In this document: piece after piece, positions 54,668-64,000 of the stretch | Layout: each line of letters starts with the position of its first letter | Numbering within the stretch: the stretch's first letter is position 1 | Assembly: GCA_030141605.1 (NCBI GenBank) | Contig: JAQGDQ010000007.1 | Location: forward strand, 793,173-857,172 | Source of the DNA: Tubiluchus corallicola | Taxonomy: Eukaryota; Animalia; Priapulida | Reading direction: 5' to 3' | Length of the DNA: 64,000 bases | Notes under the pieces: generated by a model | What the model saw: the letters and a program-made list of their open reading frames with translations, nothing else | Database searches by the model: none | Told to the model about the DNA's origin: nothing | Position numbers and translations under genes: made by a program

Positions 54668-56794
54668 TTTAATGAAGAATTGTTACTAGGGAAGTTGAAA
54701 ATTTTGGAAAACATTCTATGTGCACCAAGGTTAATTGTTGCAAATAGAAATACTTGAATTACAACATTATACCATTTACATTAGTATTGTATTGTTAGTT
54801 GCGCTGTTGGAATTGTAGCATTGCTTTCGAATAATTTTTAATCAAAAGTTATGTATTAATTACTCAAAGTATGATTGGCATAAAATAGTCTTCCTACAAA
54901 TGTACTGTTCATAAACTTTCTTGAACAGTGCTTTTACTGTTTTTCTAAGATATATGTAAGAAAACAAAATGTTTGTTTGAACGAAAAGGTTAGGCGACAA
55001 ACAAAATATAATTAATTTACGAGTTAGCAAGTTACCCTTGTAACATGTTTTTTCGCTCTGTGAAGAATGTTTTTCACAATGCGTCCAGTCAATACTAGCA
55101 GAGAATTAAGACTTAGTGTGTGTAATTTGGCATTACATGCAGCTGTAGAGATTTGCACATTTTAATACAGCATATTAATAGGAAAAGTTTGTGAACACCC
55201 TTTAATGTCAAGCAGTGTCATCCTGTGGTATTGTGGAGTGTGTATGCCCCTAGTCACCTATTACAGACTTGTTATCGTTGTATGATGCTAGAATTTGTAG
55301 GACTGTTATGCTGTCCACGATGGGTGTCATAAGTAACGTACTGTGTCCCTAATTGTTTAGTGATTCAATCTGGACAGTGTATCGTGTGATGTTTGTTAGG
55401 TATAATTTTGGTGAATTAGTTACATCAATCATGCGAAACTTAGCTAAAAGTGTAAACCCAGCAAGTAGTTTAGAATGCACTGCCACAAACTGATAACTAT
55501 TGTTATTTCTTCAGTCACAGTGTAATAATATTGCGAAGAAGAAATTTGGTGTTATTGCATTGTGTGTCATTCACAAACTGAGTATAATGTACTGTTGTTA
55601 AATTTATTAGGTTTGCACACTTTTATGTACTTATTGGTTAATTTTGGCACGTGGAGAATTGTAGTTAATTTTCATCCAAATTTTTTAAAGAAAAGAAGAA
55701 AAGTGCAAAAAAACTGATGTGTAGTTTCAGATGCATAGTTATTGTAATTATATTGAGATCGGTTATAATTAGAAGATTGAAAGTAATAGTGTTAGGAGTT
55801 ATGTGAAGACAAATTAGTCATTGTGTCAATGTCATGGAAACCTGTTTCCTCATTATGTATTTTACTTCATTTTGCACAAAGATATAAATTATGGTATACT
55901 GTAAGATGATGTTTAACACATGAAAAATGGGAGAGTGTTAAATAAAAATTGGCTCATATTGGGCAGCATTTGTAGGCCTGATGCATAGGCCTGTTATAGT
56001 TAAGCAGTAGAAGGTACGTTTCAGCATTGTTAGGTTATGCAGCCCAGTCATTATATATATAGTTTGTAGCTTTTTATCCGTGCTGATGCAAATTTGCTTA
56101 TAAAAGTTTTAGATACGGTCACCAAATCTACGTAGTTTTCAAAAATTAATCTAACCTTTATAGTTTTTCTAATTTAAAAAATATTAAACTTATATATCCT
56201 TCAAATTAAATAGCATTAGACCAATAGTGCAACATGATCTGTGGAATTAAGTAGGTGAAACCTACGGTGAGATAGTGTTTTAACAAAAATCTACGTTACC
56301 ATAATTTTTTATCATAATAGTGTTATATATTTTAATGTTACTTAGTTTCTTAGCATTTTTCAGTTCATTTAGGGCTACTATAACGTCGATTAACAGTTTT
56401 TTGATCCAATTTATATCATATTTGGTGCCATTATGTTATAATAACTAATTGTTTTTACCATATTTTAAACATTTTTAACCATTATAATTATACTAGTTTT
56501 CTGTTTAACTTGTTTTAATTCATAAATAGTGTTAGTTGGAAGAGTTAAGGGGCGATATGTTTTATATATTATAAGCACACCTGTACATTTGTATTTTTAT
56601 TCAGAACACCAGTGCAAATAGAAATTGTCTTTAAGATGAAGTAACTTGTGCAGTTTATTATTTTTGGGTTGGTGCATACCATTCTTTGCATGGTTTAATT
56701 GAGAAAACTTCTGTAAATTAGTTTGCTGTCATTTGACCATCAAGCATGCCAGAGATCCAGCACCAGGCAATATGGCAGGTCTACTAAGTTAGTG

Positions 56795-56885
56795 TGGGCT
56801 GGTGTGTTCCTCATTCAGTCATTGACCAAGCTTCGGTGTTGCTTAACTTTGGTCGCTAAGCATTAACCATGACCACTCGGCTATA
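56795..56885 (-). mobile_element. Degenerate tRNA/5S-derived SINE-like fragment
   Basis: Reverse strand tagccgagtggt (A-box-like) followed by gaccaaagttaagcaacaccgaagcttggtca, which resembles the 5S rRNA internal control region. A related ggatgggtgacc occurs at 61191-61203. Confidence 0.4.
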
Positions 56886-59750
56886 TCATCACCAAAACTG
56901 GTGAACAAATTGCTTTAATTTCATCAAACGAAATTCTACAACATGAAAACAACAGCATGGTCGCATGCACATTACTTTCGTCAATATGTATTTATTTATT
57001 TATACATTCTTTGTGTATAATCTTTATAGCAGTTGTTATACTCATACAAGTATCATAATGTACAACTGAAACGATTATTTAAGTTACCATATCACATAAA
57101 AGCATGCATCAAAATTGTTTTGAAAATTCGGAAATATGTAATTCCGCCTATGCTTCAAAAGAAAATAACAAAAAAATAGTGTCATAGGACCTTTAACCAG
57201 TTAAAATTAATTGATGTTATTTCAGAGTAATTAAGTTTTGTCAGCGGTTCATTTTTTCAAGTTAGGCCTAATTAGGGTTAATATGCTGCTATGCTGATAA
57301 AATCTTTCAAAACGAATCTGCATGGACTTCTGCATAAATGATGTGGAAATAGTATTACATTTGTATAGTCCCAATTTTCCTACAATTATAACTTGATATG
57401 ACGTGTCATACTAAATAATATTGGAATTTTATGGAGCACTATTATTTGGTATGCTTACAGCATTAATTTTGCTGGTCACCTGGTAGAAATCGTTTAGCTA
57501 TCAAAACTAATGAGGACAGTAGTAAAAAATGTTGCAAGCATTAATTTATTTGCTGAAAAAAACTTCTTAATTTCGTGTAAAATGAGCTTATGTTATATTA
57601 GAGCTGGCTCCCTGTTAAGAGATAAAGCCTGATAATCATTTCTACTAAATTAATTTGGTGTTACTAAATTTTTCAGTCCGATACTACAGTCCTATCTTAT
57701 CCAACTACTACTAGCTACTAGAATGTATTCAGCTAGAGAGCCTCAAAATACGCCTATATAAGAAAAATGTATGGACCTAGTAAATCAAAATGAGATGCGG
57801 TCTAAAAATTATAAGATGCGTCTTATTGTCCTTTAATTATCACGTAGGCCTGTGTATTTGACTATTTTGGTAATCTGTCCGTGAATATTTTGACTTATTT
57901 TTACCATAATTACCCATAGATGCCGCTGGTCTCGTTAAGAAGACCCAGATTCGCCATGATGTTGTATGTAAATTTTAACGAAGTGTAAAGCTGTGTAAGT
58001 TTCGTTGTTAATTAGTTCGGCAGGAATTAACAAATTTCATATTTGATGAAGCGTGTATGATACAGAGAATACGCTGTTGTTATTAGTAGAATAAAAAACG
58101 TAAATTGATTAATTTCGTGACGTAGAGTCGTTGAGACTGCATTGCGTTACACCGTATCGATACCTACTAAGTAATAGTAAATACTAAAAATATTTGCGGG
58201 AGACTTATAACAGTTGGTGTTACCACGTAATACCACGTAGATATTGTTAAATTTAATAGATACTTTGGCAAGCTACTCATTGCGTAAGAACTAATTACAA
58301 CCGACATTTTCCATTTTAGTTAACCTCACAACTTTCACGTAAGATATGCACACTACTACTAGTTTGGTTTAAATAGTTTTCGACTGCTAAGTAAGTGTTA
58401 GAGTGTCAGTAGTGTGTTTAGGATTGAGGCTAAATGTACGCTGACTTATTTGCAAGTTACAAATACAAGTATTAAAAGAGTATAAGGCTTGAAAAATTTG
58501 TAGATTGATCTATTTTAGGTTTTTCCCTTTTTGCTTAAAAGGAATTGATCTTCTGTCACTCGAAAATTGTGAAATTAAACAGTATGCAATTGGTACATTT
58601 GCTTATAGTAGCTGAAGCAACCCAAGCAAGTATATACTTATTTTGAATAGCTGTTTACAAAATCTAGTCATATGGGCAAAAAGTGGCATGTTGAGTTCTT
58701 GTCACACCGGATGGTGACCGTGAAACCGGTCTTTGACCCATAAAATAAGCAACTTCTCGATGATAATGACTAAGTTCTTCAAAGATCATGACAAAAAAGA
58801 GAAAGAACTCTTCAACACTGTCCACTGGCTTTTTCCTCGCTGTCTCTACAATCCCTATGAATGTAGTTACATTGTATTAAGTGTAATGCAGACGTGTACA
58901 AAGAAGTCCGAAATATAGCTTGATGCAAGTACAATGACACCACATATATATATATATATATATAAAGACTAGCATGATGGAGCAACGGTCATAATATGAC
59001 TACAGTATCCGAACCACGCCCATATTTTGCATTTCTATGGCAGTCTATCTTTTATGAGATCTTGCTGCGATGACATTAAGCCTGCTCAAAATTTTTCTGC
59101 AGCCATGAAGACGTTGAAGACTATAATGCATCCTTAGCTATTTCAAGTGCACTGTTGTGAAGATCTGGAAGACCTCGCAGCAATCTGACTGAGGGTTGTA
59201 GCGAGGTCTTCCGTCAGTATGACCGGGGTTTAGAATCCAATCCAAATGAGACAGTTTATCAAAATTGAAGTGAATGTAGTACTTAGTGGATAATACAATG
59301 GTCAATAAAAAAGTGTAATCTGTAAATTTATGCAAAGCTTGTATCAAAGGAAAAGTTGATATCTTAAGGGGATTGACATACAAACTTGGCAAACTTTGAA
59401 TAACTTATATTTGACATTTAACCTATATTAGATTATGGTGTCATATGGTGGTTAGTAATAATAGTTAGTAGGTGATTAGTAAATAATTCTTCTTAGTAAA
59501 GAAAAATGGGTAAACATACAAAGCTTGAAGCTACAAGAGATGTTAACTGATGCAGTTTAGGTCACTAGTCGTAAAATTATAATTTATAATGAATGCTAAT
59601 GGGAAACTTTGCAAAGTCAAAGGACAATTACGAACTAACCATGATTTGTAAGATAAAAACTGGATTAGTCCTGAGCAAGCTGTAAGCATTGTTAATTGAT
59701 TTATTAATTGGATGGGAACGATAGACGATTAAGTACCCAAGATCAAAATA

Positions 59751-60737
59751 CAGTAGGCACTGCTTAATAGACTCACTTTGGGACTGAAGTGTTTTGACCC
59801 AATTAACTGACTGAATCTATTAACCGAAGGGTGTAGTATTACTGCTATAGAAGTATGGGTCATCAACTTAGTATACCCTGCAAAGGTTTTTAATGAATTT
59901 TAGAATTGAAGTAATGTGCATTCTTTTGTGCAGTTAAAAGTTTTTAAAAAAATATTTATTTAAGTGACTTAATAATAAAATAAAAAGCATACTTTTGTAA
60001 ATCGCATAGGTCTGTTTATTTGCAAAAAAATCATTCAAAAGTTGGCTGCTTCATTTTCTCATGAAGAAGTTGGTTCATAAAGTTCTCATAATTATAAAAA
60101 CGTTGAAAATCTGTTGCTGTGTGATGCACGTATTCTCGTAAAACATTTTGTGCTTGGCGTGCTTGAGCTGCAGTTGGCTGTACCCTTGTTTCCTCACAAG
60201 TGAATTCGTTACTCTCTGTAGTTTATCTTAGCTCCCGCTTGCTATGCTGATTACTGAACCTGTATGATGATCCATGACTCTTAACCGATTAAGTGTGAAA
60301 GTGCGATTTTCAACGAGAGGTTCAAAAGGAGACTGCTAGACAAGTGATCAAATGTTTAGCTTCCAGAAATTTTTGATTAACAAGGTTAATTGCAGTGGAC
60401 GGATGGGTAATAGTTTCAAAGCAAAACAGCTACGCTAGCATATTTGTACATGGTAAACGTACCTGTTTACAAACAAAACGTAATTGTTTCTACGTATATT
60501 ATGGAGCACAAAAGTGAATTAAGATGACATAAAAGTAGGAAAAGCTCATTGGTCACGCAAAGGTGTCTTATTTAAGCACCTGAAGTAAAAATACTGAGTC
60601 AATTATGCGCAGTTATTTGAGTCAGTTGTCAAAATTTTTTATAGATATTTGAACAGGAGCGGGCTCGTACCAGGTGTTTTTGAGTTGATTAAGCGATTAA
60701 GTCTATTAATCGTGAGTAATAAACAGCGCTTATATTG
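59751..60737. mobile_element. Decayed pogo/Tigger-like (Tc1/mariner) non-autonomous element
   Basis: ta|cagtaggcactgcttaatagactcac...gacccaattaac...aatctattaacc at the left end; gagttgattaagcg...agtctattaatcgtgagtaataaacagcgcttatattg at the right end (degenerate TIR plus subterminal repeats). Confidence 0.5.
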
Positions 60738-62833
60738 TTTTGTAGCTAGCATTATTGAATTACTGAAGTACTGAATGAAGCAGAAGGTTTAGAAACTGTC
60801 AGCATGGGTTTATCATGAACAGCTAACGCTATTGAACTGTTATAAGAGCTACATATATTTTCAATATATAGTTTGCTAATGATTTATATAGATTAACTGC
60901 TGAATGATCTGTGGTAAACCTTAACTGCAATTGCACTGTTATCTTTTAAGCTTCATCAACAGTTCAAGGTTGAATACATAGCTGAATAAGTTTAAAGTTG
61001 AATGGGCATCTTTAAGTATGCTCAAACTACTTGTTGTTTCACAGATTGTGATACATGTAGTACATTCTTATAATAAATGCTAAAGCAAACCGTAGACACT
61101 ATTCTAAATTGTTTAAGTTTCAACGACTGCTAGATTTGATTATACAGATAATCATTGACTTCTTGACTACTTGTGGCTTGACTGAATAAGTGGATGGGTG
61201 ACCTTTGGAAGCTTAGTACGTTTCTAATATAATATAAATCCAGTGGAGTAGGATAATTGAAGGACGCCACTACTTGTTGTTTGCATGCTGCTACTCAGTG
61301 TCTGCTTGTAGCAAAATATCATATGTATTTAGTGATGCGGATTTCTAAGTGGAAACACCGGTTTCAGTAATGAACTCAAACGATTAATAGTTTAAATGTC
61401 AGCATGATGCTGCTAGGCTTGCAAGCTGCCATAAACAGGCAGATTATATGATATTCATACAGGGTGCTTAATAAGTTCCTCAGTAGACAATACATAGCTA
61501 ATAGGGCTGTAACAATACATTTACGTCATGATGCAATATATATCATACTAAGTTTGCAGTACTATACCTATGATACACTTGAGTTAATGTTTGCAGGTTT
61601 TATAAAAAAACTAGGTTAAGCTGTTGATAATAAATGTTTAACATATTTTATCAACCAACAGTTTTAGGATTGCTAAATACTATAGTATCTTGACAAACTG
61701 ATTTTTATTTATTACTTTTATAATGTGCTGGCTACTGTTTGCATCGTAAGCCAGCAGAAAAGCAAAACATCTCTACTTTAGGTGTACAAGTTGCTTTCTT
61801 TTTTTATTCACTTTTGCCATGTCACCGGTTTATATGTGAAACAACTTAATTAGCTTACTACAGATTAAACACCTTGCATTTTCAACTGCTTAGGCTGCCA
61901 GCATTGCCTGTCCTGTTGACTGTACTGATTGATACATATCTACATTACACTCTACAGCTGCGGTTTGAATGACTTCACATCATTTTTATCAGCATATGCT
62001 TGATGCCCGTGCTACTTTGTTAAATATCATTGACTCAGCTTATCACAATGCTGGTGCACTTTGATGATTAGCACATCATAATAAAAGATAGCATAATGTA
62101 TCCATACATCCATGCGTCGTTATTGGCTTGATAAACTAATCGACCAACGGCATTCGTCTTAGGGTAAACTATTACTCATCAAGTGAGAATTTTTTCGAGT
62201 TTACATTTGGAGTTTTTTTGCCGTTTTCTTCTTTCACCATGCTAATTTTAGAGCAGAGATGCAGTATCACTGCATGGCTATTTATGAATACAAAAGAGTG
62301 TGGTGTATAGGTATAAAGTAAAATTGCTGCAATACTCATGAAGCCATGTTTGACACACATTGATTCTCATTAATCGCGTCTACTGGTTCAGCTACCAAGC
62401 TGTCATTTGGTCCTTATTGCTGTTAATTTTTAATAAATTTTTAGAAATAATGAGCAACTTTTGAAACAGTTAATAAATATCTTGCATCTATAGGTAACTC
62501 ATCATACTCACAATGCCCGGAATTTTCAAATTTACGATCTTAGACTTAGTTATGAGCATCAGATGATCCTTAGAAGTTCCATTTGGAAGCAGCTCAGGTA
62601 TCATGCTAGTGTTTTTAAAATGAACTGGCAGCAATTTTCAGCAATTTCACATATATTATTAAAACACAGAACAGACACTGTAGATTTTTTACTTTTGCTT
62701 TTGTAGTATGTTGCCATGGTTACTTCAAAAATCTGATTCTCAAGTATTTGATGTGGCATTTGACTGCTGTCACTAGTAGCCTCCATTAAGGAGCAGAACA
62801 GACTCATGAGCTTAGCACCTCCTGTGCAGTGCA

Positions 62834-64000
62834 ATGGCTGCTGCATTTCCCGATCAGAGTATAAACGAGGGCCTCGTGTGTATGGTATGTTATCAGTCAT
62901 ATCACGACCCTCGGGTACTGCCATGCATGCACACTTTCTGCAAGCGATGCCTTGAAAATATGACTGTAAAACGTCCGGCAGACAAAACGGGCCAGATAAC
63001 ATGTCCTATGTGCGAGTTTCGAGTCTCTTTGACAAGTCTGGGCGTCGAAGACCTGCCAAGTAACTTTTTGATTAACAACATCATTGATGTAGTATCTCAA
63101 GCAGATGATGACGTTGTTTCAAAGCATCACACTTTGAGTAACGGCAGCTTGCCACCGGTGTGCAGTTCATGTGATGACTGCAGTATTGCCACATGTCAGT
63201 GTAAAGATTGCGACGAGTTCCTCTGTGATAGTTGTGTACGTGCTCATATGCGAGTTCGTCTAACGAAGGAGCACTACATTGTCAGATTCGGCGAAGATCC
63301 GGACAACAGCCAGAATAACACATTACTGACATCCCTCTTGCAGCCGACGTCCGATAGGCCCCCATGCTTCTGTGAGCTTCACGAACATGAAGTATTGCGA
63401 CTTTACTGCGATAGCTGCTCACAGGCTATCTGCAGAGAATGCACATTGCAGAGCCACTGTGGTCACAGTTTTGTCTACCTGCAAGATGCAGTGACTCACG
63501 CGAAGACAGTCACAAGAAAGCTGCTAGCTGAAGCTTCTGGAGGAGTACAAGCAATAGAGGATAGCATCCGCATGTCACAGATGATGAGTGAACGGGTTGA
63601 GCAGAAGTCTCAAACAGTATCTAAAGATGTTCAAGCAACAATCAGACATCACATAAAGGCTCTGGAGGTACGAGAACGAGACCTCTTGCTCCGTATTGAG
63701 AACATAAGACAAGTAAAGGCTGCATCTTTACATTTGCAGATTGGGGATTTAAGACGTGGGCTGTCCATATTAAAGCATACAATTGACGAGGTCCAAGGAG
63801 CCATGGACTCTAGCAATGATGTAGAGATCCTGAAGATGAGAGACAAAATGATCTCGAAGATGCTGGAAATCAAGGATCTCAGAGGACACATGCAACCACA
63901 TGAAGATGATAGCATACTCTTTACGCCTCCTGACACTGCACTCTACACTGCTATAAGCGCTCTGGGATTTATCACTAGTAGTGCATTTGCGCCAAATACA
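62834..64000 (+). CDS. TRIM71: E3 ubiquitin ligase / RNA-binding protein TRIM71 (LIN-41), 5' partial: RING, B-box1, B-box2, coiled coil, start of filamin region
   Basis: Manual translation from the ATG at 62834, open to the window end (389 codons): MAAAFPD...CMVCYQSYHDPRVLPCMHTFCKRCL...CPMC (RING); CSSCD...CKDCDEFLCDSCVRAHMRVRLTKEHYI; CELHEHEVLRLYCDSCSQAICRECT...HCGHSFVYLQDA; IRQVKAASL; QPHEDDSILFTPPDTALYTAISALGFITSSAFAP, closely matching vertebrate TRIM71 as I recall it. Acceptor ttgtag| at 62706. Confidence 0.93.
   Translation, partial: MAAAFPDQSINEGLVCMVCYQSYHDPRVLPCMHTFCKRCLENMTVKRPADKTGQITCPMCEFRVSLTSLGVEDLPSNFLINNIIDVVSQADDDVVSKHHTLSNGSLPPVCSSCDDCSIATCQCKDCDEFLCDSCVRAHMRVRLTKEHYIVRFGEDPDNSQNNTLLTSLLQPTSDRPPCFCELHEHEVLRLYCDSCSQAICRECTLQSHCGHSFVYLQDAVTHAKTVTRKLLAEASGGVQAIEDSIRMSQMMSERVEQKSQTVSKDVQATIRHHIKALEVRERDLLLRIENIRQVKAASLHLQIGDLRRGLSILKHTIDEVQGAMDSSNDVEILKMRDKMISKMLEIKDLRGHMQPHEDDSILFTPPDTALYTAISALGFITSSAFAPNT

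Noticed and set aside
59166-59190. Assignment as a true miR-7 gene
   Set aside because: Only nt 1-8 match miR-7; the remainder and the precursor length do not fit. Kept only as an unassigned hairpin.
62601-63936. Minus-strand ORFs of 60-133 aa
   Set aside because: Antisense shadows of the TRIM71 CDS; likewise the ORFs antisense to TSSK, NKAIN and MMAA.

Overview
AT-rich (roughly 35% GC by eye) genomic DNA from an invertebrate animal with spliceosomal GT-AG introns; it is not prokaryotic. I rebuilt seven protein-coding genes by hand, checking splice sites and reading phase: (1) the 5' end of a large classical/neural-type cadherin (minus strand, runs off the left edge); (2) a 5-exon testis-specific serine kinase (TSSK, minus); (3) a 4-exon CFAP97-domain gene (plus), head-to-head with TSSK across a 291-bp spacer that holds an RFX X-box; (4) NKAIN (minus) with two phase-compatible alternative last exons, a canonical 30-aa tail and a ~606-aa disordered tail; (5) MMAA (plus, CDS in one exon); (6) a 6-exon signal peptide-CUB-LDLa-TM receptor-like gene (plus); (7) the 5' part of TRIM71/lin-41 (plus, runs off the right edge). 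Introns and spacers hold many non-autonomous DNA transposons (one hAT element with an exact 8-bp TSD, Harbinger-like palindromic MITEs including a self-nested pair, a pogo-like element, foldback and Helentron-like pieces), a decayed piggyBac transposase, CR1/RTE LINE fragments and tRNA/5S-derived SINE-like pieces. I see no clearly new biological system. The best leads are the NKAIN long-tail isoform, the shared TSSK/CFAP97D promoter, and candidate regulatory RNA elements upstream of TRIM71. Family assignments come from recalled motifs; no database search was run.
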